From an uncultured Planctomycetota bacterium (lineage in GTDB: Bacteria; Planctomycetota; PLA2; JAEUHO01), in NCBI GenBank assembly GCA_963752285.1, contig CAVVXN010000002.1:96001-160000 (forward strand): a stretch of DNA of 64,000 nucleotides, written 5' to 3'. How positions within the stretch are numbered: the first letter of the stretch is position 1; every line of letters begins with the position of its first letter. The notes beneath the pieces were generated by a model, which searched no databases, was not told the DNA's origin, and saw nothing but the letters and a program-made list of their open reading frames with translations. This document shows, one piece after another, positions 47,538-56,288 of the stretch. A program made the translations under genes and the position numbers.

Positions 47538-48323
47538 GCAGGCGCGCGCCGCGGGACGCCGACGGGAGCGGCGGCGGAGCCCGCCGAGAGCGAGGAGGCC
47601 GAGGCCCGCGATGGCGAGGGTACCCGGCTCGGGGACGGGGTCCGCGCCGAGCGCGAGGCTGACGCCTCCGGACACCTCGAAGCTGCCGGGGAAGGTCGTG
47701 TACGAGCCGGGCAGCAGAGCCGAGTACAGCCTGTACGTGCCGGGGGCGAGGGTTCCGGCCAGGCTGCCGGTGCTCGAGATGTGGGCCGACGTCCCGGTGT
47801 ACGTGACGGAGGTGAGCGTGGTCACTCCGTTGTCCACGTAGTAGTGGTACGCGTACACGTTCGACAGCTGTGAGCTGTTCGTCACGTCGTACAGCGAGAT
47901 GTACCAGTTGAAGGACGCCGCCGCGGTGTGCGTCGGGTCCGCGTCGCCGTACGCGAGCTGACCCTCGAGGGTATACGGCGTGCTCTCCGCCACGATGAAG
48001 GCCACGTAGGCGTAGGCGTCTCCTCCGGCGCTGGTCGGGCCCGGCCACGACGCACCAAGGCCGATGTCGATCGACGTGTCGCCGACGGCCCAGTCCACGT
48101 GAAGCGAGACCGACCCGTCCACCGCGTCCTCGGACCCCGTGGCCGTCATCGCGGGCGTCGTGGTCCCGCTCAGGTAGTGGCTCACGCTCGACCCGCTGGA
48201 ATCGCTCGCATAGGCGGACCCGTAGGACCCCGCGGGCTGGAAGGTGATCGAGTCGGCTCGCGCTGCGCGGCCGACCAGCCCGATCGAGGCCAACACCAGG
48301 ACCGCTTGCATCGCCCTCGGCAT
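47538..48323 (-). CDS. PEP-CTERM surface protein; expected stop missing as sequenced
   Basis: Signal ending AARA; VPEPGTLAIAGLGLLALGGLRRR; TGC at 47540-47538 where a TGA would fit, followed by a GC hairpin. Confidence 0.8.
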
Positions 48324-48457
48324 GGGACCGCTTCCCCGCGGCTCCGCGAGCCGCCGCACCGGGAGGCGACGGTGTCCGCCCCCCGACCTCCCGTGGCGGT
48401 TCGCCGCCGAAACCGGACGCCCCCTCCGGGTCCTTGGTCCCGGGGCGCCCGGCGCGG

Positions 48458-50008
48458 TCAGAGCGGGATGTTCCCGTGCTTCTTCGGGGGGTTTCGGTCG
48501 CGCTTCGTCTCGAGGATCGCGAGGGCCGAGATCAGGCGCGGGCGCGTGCGGCGTGGCTCGATCACGTCGTCGAGGTAGCCGCGCTCGGCCGCGGAGTAGG
48601 GGTTCGCGAAGCGCTCGCGGTAGGCCTCGGTCTTCTCGGCCTCCGTCGCCTCGGGGTCGTTCGCCGCCTCGATCTCCTTCTTGAAGATGATCTCGACGGC
48701 GCCCTTCGAGCCCATCACCGCGACCTCCGCGGTCGGCCAGGCGAGGTTCAGGTCCCCGCGGATGTGCTTCGAGCTCATGACGTCGTACGCGCCCCCGTAG
48801 GCCTTGCGCGTGATCACCGTGAGCTTCGGGACGGTCGCCTCGCAGTACGCGAAGAGCAGCTTCGCGCCGTGCTTGATGATCCCGTTCCACTCCTGGTCGG
48901 TTCCGGGGAGGAATCCGGGCACGTCCTCGAACGTGACGAGCGGGATGTTGAAGCAGTCGCAGAACCGGATGAAGCGCGCGCCCTTCATCGAGGCGTGGAT
49001 GTCGAGGCAGCCGGCGAGCACCTGCGGCTGGTTCGCGATCACGCCCACGACGCGCCCGCCCAGGTGCGCGAACCCCACGACGATGTTCTCGCCGTAGTGC
49101 TCGTGGACCTCGAGGAAGTCCTGGTCGTCCACGACCAGGTGGATCACCTCGCGCATGTCGTAGGGCTTGTTCGGGTCGGAGGGGACGACCGTGTCCAGGC
49201 GCTCGTCCATCCGGTTGGGGTCGTCGGTCGTGGGGCCCGGCGGGGGCATCTCCTGGTTGTTCTGCGGGAGGAACGACAGGAGCCGGCGCAGCAGCGCGAG
49301 GCACGACGCGTCGTCGGCCGCGCGGAAGTGGGCGACCCCCGACTTCTCGGTGTGCGCCGAGGCGCCGCCGAGCTCCTCGTGCGTCACGACCTCGTGCGTG
49401 ACCGTCTTCGTGACGCTCGGTCCCGTCACGTACATGTACGAGGTGCCCTCGACCATCAGGATGAAGTCCGTGATCGCGGGCGAGTAGACCGCGCCGCCCG
49501 CGCACGGCCCCATGACCGCCGAGATCTGCGGGACCACGCCCGAGGCCAAGGTGTTCCGGAGGAAGATGTCGGCGTAGCCCCCGAGCGAGACCACGCCCTC
49601 CTGGATGCGGGCCCCGCCCGAGTCGTTGAGCCCCACGACCGGGCACCCGATCTTCATCGCGAGGTCCATCAGCTTGCAGATCTTCTCGGCGTTCGCGCCC
49701 GAGAGGCTCCCGCCGAAGACCGTGAAGTCCTGCGCGAACACCACGAGCGGCCGGCCGTTCACGCGGCCCCAGCCCCCGACCACGCCGTCGCCGGGGACCG
49801 TCTTCTTCTCCATGCCGAAGTCGCGGCACTGGTGCAGCTTGAAGGGGTCGAACTCCTCGAAGGTCCCCGGGTCGAGGAGCAGGTCGATCCGTTCGCGCGC
49901 CGTGAGCTTTCCGCGTCCGTGCTGGCGCTCGATCGCGCCGGCCCCGCCGCCGAGCATCGCCTGCTCGCGCCGCTGGCGGAGCTCCTCCAGTCGTCCGTCC
50001 TCGTTCAT
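48458..50008 (-). CDS. pccB: Acyl-CoA (propionyl-/methylmalonyl-CoA) carboxyltransferase beta subunit
   Basis: [64 protein letters not shown]. Confidence 0.93.
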   Translation of the reverse strand: MNEDGRLEELRQRREQAMLGGGAGAIERQHGRGKLTARERIDLLLDPGTFEEFDPFKLHQCRDFGMEKKTVPGDGVVGGWGRVNGRPLVVFAQDFTVFGGSLSGANAEKICKLMDLAMKIGCPVVGLNDSGGARIQEGVVSLGGYADIFLRNTLASGVVPQISAVMGPCAGGAVYSPAITDFILMVEGTSYMYVTGPSVTKTVTHEVVTHEELGGASAHTEKSGVAHFRAADDASCLALLRRLLSFLPQNNQEMPPPGPTTDDPNRMDERLDTVVPSDPNKPYDMREVIHLVVDDQDFLEVHEHYGENIVVGFAHLGGRVVGVIANQPQVLAGCLDIHASMKGARFIRFCDCFNIPLVTFEDVPGFLPGTDQEWNGIIKHGAKLLFAYCEATVPKLTVITRKAYGGAYDVMSSKHIRGDLNLAWPTAEVAVMGSKGAVEIIFKKEIEAANDPEATEAEKTEAYRERFANPYSAAERGYLDDVIEPRRTRPRLISALAILETKRDRNPPKKHGNIPL

Positions 50009-50487
50009 CGAGAGCTTTCCTCGTCGGGCGGCGAACCGGGCGGGGTCCCCGCGGGGGCGGGCTGGCTCAGCTCCGTCAGGATCCCGCCCGCGTCCTTCGG
50101 GTGGAGGAACGCGACGAGCGCGCCGCCGGCGCCCTTCCGCGGCGCCTCGCCGATCGGCTCGATTCCGCGCGCCCGGAGCGCCCGGACCGCCCCGTGGATG
50201 TCCCCGACCCGGTAGCAGACGTGGTGGAGGCCCGGGCCCTTGCGGGCCACGAACCGCCCGACCGGCCCGTCGGGATCCGTCGAGGCCAAGAGCTCGATCC
50301 GGATGCCCCCACCGTCGAACGCCGCGACCTTGACCTTCTCGGAGGGGACCTCCTCCTCGAAGAGGAGCCGGAGGCCGTAGACCTCCTGGAAGAGGGCCTT
50401 TCCCTCCTCGATCGACCTCACGGCCACGCCCAGATGATCCACGGAGCCGACCCCGGCCCCGCCCGAGAGTTCCTGTTCCGGCGTCAT
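50005..50487 (-). CDS. mce: Methylmalonyl-CoA epimerase
   Basis: [41 protein letters not shown] coupled to pccB. Confidence 0.92.
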   Translation of the reverse strand: MTPEQELSGGAGVGSVDHLGVAVRSIEEGKALFQEVYGLRLLFEEEVPSEKVKVAAFDGGGIRIELLASTDPDGPVGRFVARKGPGLHHVCYRVGDIHGAVRALRARGIEPIGEAPRKGAGGALVAFLHPKDAGGILTELSQPAPAGTPPGSPPDEESSR

Positions 50488-50591
50488 GGGCCGAAGGGTA
50501 CGCGCTCGGCCGCCGACCCGCCATCCGAGCGGAGGGGGCGCGACAGGTCGCCGCACGGGACGACCCGTTCGGGGCGTCCTAAGTTCTCCTC

Positions 50592-50993
50592 GTGGAAAGA
50601 ACGCTCCTCCTCCTCCTGGCCGCCCTGGTCGCGGGCGGGCTCGCCTACCTGCTCCTCTCGGGCCAGGGCGGTCGCGTGGCGCCGGCCGGGTCCGGGGCCC
50701 GGGCGCCCGCGGAGGTCCCCGAGGACGGCCCGCGTACCGGCACGCTCACCGTCTACGCGACGACCCCGGACGGGAAGGTCGCGAAGGGCACCGAGGTCGG
50801 CTACGTCGAGGGGGACCACGTGCGCCTGCTCTACGCCGGCGAGGACGGCCGCCGCACCTTCGCGGACGCGCCGCTCGGCGACGTCACGGTCGTCGCCAAG
50901 GCCCCCGGCTGTCCCGAGGTCAGGACGCGCCGCTTCCTGACGCCGGGGGTTCCCGAGGAGGTCCGGATGATCCTCCATCCCCAGAAGGACTGA
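50592..50993 (+). CDS. Small membrane-anchored protein with carboxypeptidase-regulatory-like domain
   Basis: TM segment, then GTLTV...DG...G.VTVVAKAPG. Confidence 0.65.
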   Translation: MERTLLLLLAALVAGGLAYLLLSGQGGRVAPAGSGARAPAEVPEDGPRTGTLTVYATTPDGKVAKGTEVGYVEGDHVRLLYAGEDGRRTFADAPLGDVTVVAKAPGCPEVRTRRFLTPGVPEEVRMILHPQKD

Positions 50994-51071
50994 GGGCCTG
51001 CGGGTAACTCGCGCGCTCCCCGCGCCACTCCCTGTTCGACGGCCTCGGGTCCGCGGGCGGTGGAGAGCGAC

Positions 51072-53543
51072 ATGCGGTGTCGAAAGACGTGCGTCGGTAT
51101 GGCGGTCTTCCTCCTCGCGGGGGCGCTCGGCGGGTGCGGGGGAGGCGGCGGAGGCGGTGGCCGCGCCCGGAACATCGACGTCCACGCGACAGGCCGCGTC
51201 GTCCTCGCCTCGATCGGCGGGGGCACGCTCGACGTGTACCGGGTCGGCGACTACGCGTCGCCGCTCCTGACCGTTCCGACCTCGACCGGCGCCACGCTCC
51301 CCGAGATCGGGCGCTTCGCCTTCGACCTCGCGGCGGTGCCCGAGGACGCCCTCTTCCTCCTGGTGGCCCGCGGCGGCCAGGCCTTCGACACGAACGAGAA
51401 CGGGATCCTCGACTCGGCCTCGACGCCGAACCGGGGCGCGGTCCACGCGCTCGCGAGCGCCGCGGAGCTCCAGACGGGCGAGGTCCACCTCTCCGCGGTG
51501 ACCGAGGCCGTGTACCAGCGCGCGCGCTTCTTCCTCTCCGCGCGCTACGCCGACGCCTACGTGCTGAAGACGGCCTCGTCGTGGGCGTCGTTCGTCGTGC
51601 AGGTGAACCTCGCGGGATCCCCGCTCGTGGACAACGACGACGCGCTCGCGTTCGACCCCCGCGTCCACCGAGACGACCTCTTCCGACGGTACGACGAGTA
51701 CGGGCCCATGGTGCTCGCGCTCCTCGCGGGGGCGCCCGTCACGGAGACCGCCTTCGACCTGAGCCAGGAGGCGCTCGCGACGATTCCCCGGCCCCTGCAG
51801 TTGAGCGCCGTCGAGGTGGTCGGCGACCTGGCGTACCTCTGTACGGGCCAGGAGCTCGACGTCTTCGACGTGAGTGAGCCGACGGCGCCCATCCTCCGGG
51901 GCCGCTTCACCACCGCGGGTGTTCCCCGTCGCGCCCGGGTGCTGGGGGCGCTCGCCTACGTCGCCGAACAGACCCAGGGGCTGGAGATCGTCGACGTCTC
52001 GACCCCGGCGTCGCCTACGCTCGTGGGCGCCCTCGCCGTCTCGAACGACGCGGAGGACCTGCAGGTCGTCGGAAGGCTCGCCTACGTAGCGGGCGGGGGG
52101 GACCGCAAGCTTCACGTGGTGGACGTCTCGAACCCGGCGGCACCCGCCGTCGTGTCGGACTTCGCTGCAGCCAGCGTGGTGAATTGCGTGGCCGTGGAGG
52201 GAACCCACGCCTACCTGGGCGAGAACCTCCAGGTCGAGACCGTGGACGTCACGGATCCGGCGTCGCCGAACTCGAACGGCGTGGTCTCCACCGCGTTTGG
52301 GCCGCGGGTCGCCGTTCGGTCGAGCCGCCTCTTCGTGGCGGCATCGCGGGAGCTCGACGTGTTCGACCTCTCCGCGCCTGCGGCGCCCCGAGCCGTGGCG
52401 ACGATCCCGATGCCCGCGCAGAACGTCGCGGACCTCGTCGTCGCTGGATCGCGGGCGCTCGTGGCGGGCGGGTTCACCGGAGTGTGCGTGGTCGACCTCG
52501 CCGACCCGGCAGCCCCTTCGCTCGTCGGCACGATCCCGACCCAGGCGGGCGCGGCCTCCATCGCGCTCCACGGGAAGGTCCTCGTGGTCCCGCAGACCAA
52601 CCTGGGGCTGACGCTCCTCGCCGCGGGGACCCCCCCGCCCTCGGGCGTGATCGCGTCCCTTCCGGTCGCGGAGGAGTGCCTCACGGTGGACGCGCGAGGA
52701 CCGCGCGTCTACGTCACCACGAGCCAGCCGGACCGCTTCCTGGTGATCGACAGCACAGACCCGCTCGCGCCGACCGTCCTCGGGAGCATCCCGCTCGGCG
52801 GGTCGTTGGCGCGCGACATGGTCGTCCAGGGCGACCTCGCCTTCGTCGCCGAGGACAGCCTCCACGTCTACGACGTGTCGGACGCCACGGCCCCCGTGTT
52901 CCTGGGCCACGACAGCGCGACGCGCCTCCTCGAGTGCATCGCGCCGGACGGGAACCTCGTCTTCGGGGGCGCATTCGACGGGCTCTCCGTCCTCGACGTC
53001 ACGACGCCCGCCCTTCCCGCCGTCGTCACGAGCGTCCCGGTGCCCGGGTTCCCGTCCGACGTCGCCTTCGACGGGAGCGCGATCGTCCTCTGCCGCGGCA
53101 CGCCGGGCATCGAGACCTTCGACGCGACGACGCCCACGAACTTGGTCCCGCGGGGCTCGCTCGACATGAACGACGCGGGCGGCGTGGCGCTCCGGCCACC
53201 GTTCGCGTTCGTCGCGGACAGCAGCTCGTCCGGCACCGACGATGCGCTTCGCGTCGTCGACTACAGCGACCTCGCCGCGCCGGTGGTGGTGCGGAGCGTT
53301 CCGGTTCTGAGCGGCGCCGCCCGCCTGAAGCTGGACTCCGACCTCGTGTATGCCGGGACCGGGTCGGACAGCGTGGATCTCTTCGACGTCACCGTCCCCA
53401 CGGCGGCCTTGTACGTCGGCACCATCCCGGTCGCGACCGCCGTCCGGGACCTGGACGTCGAGGGCGGTTTCCTCTTCGTCGCGGGCGGCCTACCGACCGG
53501 CGGACTGCTCGTCCTCCGCGCGGCCCAGGTCGCGGTTCCGTAG
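51072..53543 (+). CDS. LVIVD-repeat beta-propeller lipoprotein (paralog 1)
   Basis: Lipobox LGGC + poly-Gly; many AYV...GLEIVDVSxPxxP repeats. Confidence 0.88.
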   Translation: MRCRKTCVGMAVFLLAGALGGCGGGGGGGGRARNIDVHATGRVVLASIGGGTLDVYRVGDYASPLLTVPTSTGATLPEIGRFAFDLAAVPEDALFLLVARGGQAFDTNENGILDSASTPNRGAVHALASAAELQTGEVHLSAVTEAVYQRARFFLSARYADAYVLKTASSWASFVVQVNLAGSPLVDNDDALAFDPRVHRDDLFRRYDEYGPMVLALLAGAPVTETAFDLSQEALATIPRPLQLSAVEVVGDLAYLCTGQELDVFDVSEPTAPILRGRFTTAGVPRRARVLGALAYVAEQTQGLEIVDVSTPASPTLVGALAVSNDAEDLQVVGRLAYVAGGGDRKLHVVDVSNPAAPAVVSDFAAASVVNCVAVEGTHAYLGENLQVETVDVTDPASPNSNGVVSTAFGPRVAVRSSRLFVAASRELDVFDLSAPAAPRAVATIPMPAQNVADLVVAGSRALVAGGFTGVCVVDLADPAAPSLVGTIPTQAGAASIALHGKVLVVPQTNLGLTLLAAGTPPPSGVIASLPVAEECLTVDARGPRVYVTTSQPDRFLVIDSTDPLAPTVLGSIPLGGSLARDMVVQGDLAFVAEDSLHVYDVSDATAPVFLGHDSATRLLECIAPDGNLVFGGAFDGLSVLDVTTPALPAVVTSVPVPGFPSDVAFDGSAIVLCRGTPGIETFDATTPTNLVPRGSLDMNDAGGVALRPPFAFVADSSSSGTDDALRVVDYSDLAAPVVVRSVPVLSGAARLKLDSDLVYAGTGSDSVDLFDVTVPTAALYVGTIPVATAVRDLDVEGGFLFVAGGLPTGGLLVLRAAQVAVP

Positions 53544-54122
53544 GCGCAGCCGGCCCCGCGAACGCGCGGCGCGCGGTCCACGGGCGCGGCGGGGCCTTTG
53601 ACCCAGCCCAAGCGCGATCGCGTGCCCGCTGCGTAATTCGCGGTGGTCGGACGCCACGCCCTACCGGGCTCGAACTCGTTGCGAGGAGATTCGTCATGTG
53701 GAAGATCGGTCGGCTGCGAGCGCCCGCGCTCGCCCTCCTGTTGGGCGGAGTCCTCGGCGGGTGCGGCGGCGGGGGCGGCGGCGGCGGCGCGCAGAAGATC
53801 GACGTCCACGCGTCGGGCCGCGTCGTCCTCGCCTCGATCGGCGGGGGCACGCTCGACGTGTACCGGGTCGGCGACTACGCGTCGCCGCTCCTGACCGTTC
53901 CGACCTCGACCGGCGCCACGCTCCCCGAGATCGGGCGCTTCGCCTTCGACCTCGCGGCGGTGCCCGAGGACGCCCTCTTCCTCCTGGTGGCCCGCGGCGG
54001 CCAGGCCTTCGACACGAACGAGAACGGGATCCTCGACTCGGCCTCGACGCCGAACCGGGGCGCGGTCCACGCGCTCGCGAGCGCCGCGGAGCTGCAGACG
54101 GGCGAGGTCCACCTCTCCGCGG
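51192..54122 (+). repeat. 307-bp near-identical direct repeat (51192-51498 and 53816-54122)
   Basis: Only one synonymous difference seen (CTC vs CTG). Confidence 0.92.
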
Positions 54123-56182
54123 CGTCGGAGCTCGTCTACCAGCGGCTCCGGTACTCGCTCTCCGCCCTCTACGACGACGGGTTCGTGCTCCGTACCGCCT
54201 CCTCGTGGGCGGGCTCGCTCCTCCGGGCGAGCATCTCGGGCGTCCCCGACGTGGACAACGACGACGTCCTGGCCTTCGACCCCCTCCTCCACCAAAGCGC
54301 CCTCTTTCGGCCGTACGCGCAGATCACCCCGTTCGTGACGACGCTCCTCGCGAACGGGCCGCTCACCGAGACGGCGCTCGATCTCCTCGACGTGGACCTC
54401 GGCTCGCTCGAGTTCGCGTCGGCGGTCGGGGGCCTCGACGTCGTGGGGGACCTCGCGTACGTGACCACGAACGACGCGGGCCTCGCGATCGTGGACATCA
54501 GCGACCCGACCGCCCCGACGCCCCTCGGGAGCATCGACACGCCGGACAGCGCCACCGGCGTCCAGGTCGTCGGATCGCTGGCGTACGTGAACGACGGCTC
54601 GAGCCTCCAGATCGTGAACGTCGCGAACCCGGCGGCCCCGACGCCGCGGGGGTCGCTGGCGCTCGGCGGCGAGATCAACGAAGTCGAGGTCGCGGGCCAC
54701 GTCGCGTACGTGGCCGCGACCACGCTCGGGGCCCCGCTGCTGCACATCGTGGACGTCTCGAACCCGGGGAGCCCCTCCGTCCTGAAGGAGCAGGTCACGG
54801 CCGGGACCTCGCTCGCCGTTCGCGTCCTCGGCACCCACGCGTACGTGCTCGAGCCGTCCCAGATCGAGACGTTCGACGTGAGCAATCCCGCCGCACCGGT
54901 CTCGCTCGGGACGCGCGCGACCCAGGAAGCGCAGAGGATCGAGATCGCCGACGGCCACCTCTTCGTCGCGGGGCGCTTCCTCGAGGTCTTCGACCTCGGC
55001 ACGCCGTCCTCCCCGGTTCGCGTCGGGTCGATCGGCCTCCCCACCCCGGCCGCCTTCGGCCTCGTGGTCGAGGGAGGGCAGGCGCTCGTGGGGGCGTCCG
55101 GGGAGGGCATCGTGGTCGTGGACGTCTCGACGCCCGCCGCGCCCGCGCTCGTCGCGCTCGTCCCGGTCGAGGGCTTCGCGCACGGCCTGGCGCGCGCGGG
55201 CGGGCTCGTGGCGACGACGAGTCCGACCGCGACCGGCGTCCTCTCGCTCCTCGCGTTCCGCGCGCCGGAGCCGTCGGGTGCGGTCGCCCGGGTACCGCTA
55301 TCGACGCCGATCGCCGTCGAGGCCGCAGGGGGTCGCGTGTACGTGACGCACGGCTTCCCCACGGAGCGCCTCTCCGTGTTCGACGCCTCGGACCCGCTCT
55401 CCTTGAGCGCGGTCGGAAACGTCGATCTCGCGATGCCCGGCGCGAACGACCTGGTGGTAGCGGGCACCCGCGCGTTCGTCTCCGCGGTGAGCCTCCAGGT
55501 CTACGACGTCGGAAACCCCTTCTCGCCGTCGCTCCTCGGCCAGACGCCGCCCGACACGTCCGGGAGGATCGCCGTCGGCTCGAACGTGGTCTACGAGTCG
55601 CACGACCCGGGGATCTTCGTCGTGGACGTCAGCGACCCGACCTCGCCCACGCCGCTCGGGTCGATCGTCCGTCCGGGCTTCGCGTCCGGCATCGCCTTCG
55701 ACGGCAGCGTGCTCGCCCACGCCGAGTCCCAGGGGGGGGTCTCCTTCTTCACGACGGCGACGCCGACGGCGCCGAGCCTCGCCGGCGTGTTCCCGCCGGT
55801 TGCGGGCCGCCTCAACATCAACGTCGCGCTTCGCGCGCCGACCGCGTTCGTGACGGAGCAGCCCGCGCTCGGAGGCCCCGGCGGCGGGCTGCGCCTGCTC
55901 GACTACGCGAATCCCTCGGCCCCGGCCTCGGTCCGCTTCGTGCCCCTGCCCGGCACCGCGGGATCCGTCGTGCTCTCCGGGACCACCGCCTACGTGAGGA
56001 CCGACGCCGGGCTCCACGCCGTGAACGTCGCCCTCCCGAGCCTGGCGACGCGCATCGGGACGATTCCGGTCGCGGCCTTCGTCGAGGACGTCGCCGTGGA
56101 CGGAGCCTTCCTCTACCTGACGGCGGGCGGCGTGAACGGGGGCTTGCTGGTCGTCCGGGGCGTACAGGTGAAGGTGCCGTAG
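53696..56182 (+). CDS. LVIVD-repeat beta-propeller lipoprotein (paralog 2)
   Basis: RBS GAGGAG, lipobox LGGC + poly-Gly, LVIVD-type repeats. Confidence 0.88.
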   Translation: MWKIGRLRAPALALLLGGVLGGCGGGGGGGGAQKIDVHASGRVVLASIGGGTLDVYRVGDYASPLLTVPTSTGATLPEIGRFAFDLAAVPEDALFLLVARGGQAFDTNENGILDSASTPNRGAVHALASAAELQTGEVHLSAASELVYQRLRYSLSALYDDGFVLRTASSWAGSLLRASISGVPDVDNDDVLAFDPLLHQSALFRPYAQITPFVTTLLANGPLTETALDLLDVDLGSLEFASAVGGLDVVGDLAYVTTNDAGLAIVDISDPTAPTPLGSIDTPDSATGVQVVGSLAYVNDGSSLQIVNVANPAAPTPRGSLALGGEINEVEVAGHVAYVAATTLGAPLLHIVDVSNPGSPSVLKEQVTAGTSLAVRVLGTHAYVLEPSQIETFDVSNPAAPVSLGTRATQEAQRIEIADGHLFVAGRFLEVFDLGTPSSPVRVGSIGLPTPAAFGLVVEGGQALVGASGEGIVVVDVSTPAAPALVALVPVEGFAHGLARAGGLVATTSPTATGVLSLLAFRAPEPSGAVARVPLSTPIAVEAAGGRVYVTHGFPTERLSVFDASDPLSLSAVGNVDLAMPGANDLVVAGTRAFVSAVSLQVYDVGNPFSPSLLGQTPPDTSGRIAVGSNVVYESHDPGIFVVDVSDPTSPTPLGSIVRPGFASGIAFDGSVLAHAESQGGVSFFTTATPTAPSLAGVFPPVAGRLNINVALRAPTAFVTEQPALGGPGGGLRLLDYANPSAPASVRFVPLPGTAGSVVLSGTTAYVRTDAGLHAVNVALPSLATRIGTIPVAAFVEDVAVDGAFLYLTAGGVNGGLLVVRGVQVKVP

Positions 56183-56288
56183 CCGCGACCGTGGATCCGG
56201 CCCTCGACGGATCTTTGGCCGGGCAGGTAACCCGCCGCCGTGGGAAGCCACCCCCTACCAGGCTCGGAATCCCGGGGAGGAGAACGCC

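Larger units (their letters stand above)
40745..48446. mobile_element. Putative 7.7-kb genomic island at the pccB 3' end; no integrase
   Basis: Bounded by the 180-bp direct repeats; accessory cargo; visibly more A/T-ending codons in 40760-42300. Confidence 0.6.

Noticed and set aside
46731..49829. 1032-aa ORF containing an internal PEP-CTERM
   Set aside because: Composite of a pccB shadow frame, the real PEP-CTERM gene and read-through past a missing stop
51192..54122. DGR template/variable repeat pair (also considered for the pccB repeat)
   Set aside because: Very few mismatches, not adenine-specific, and no reverse transcriptase in the window
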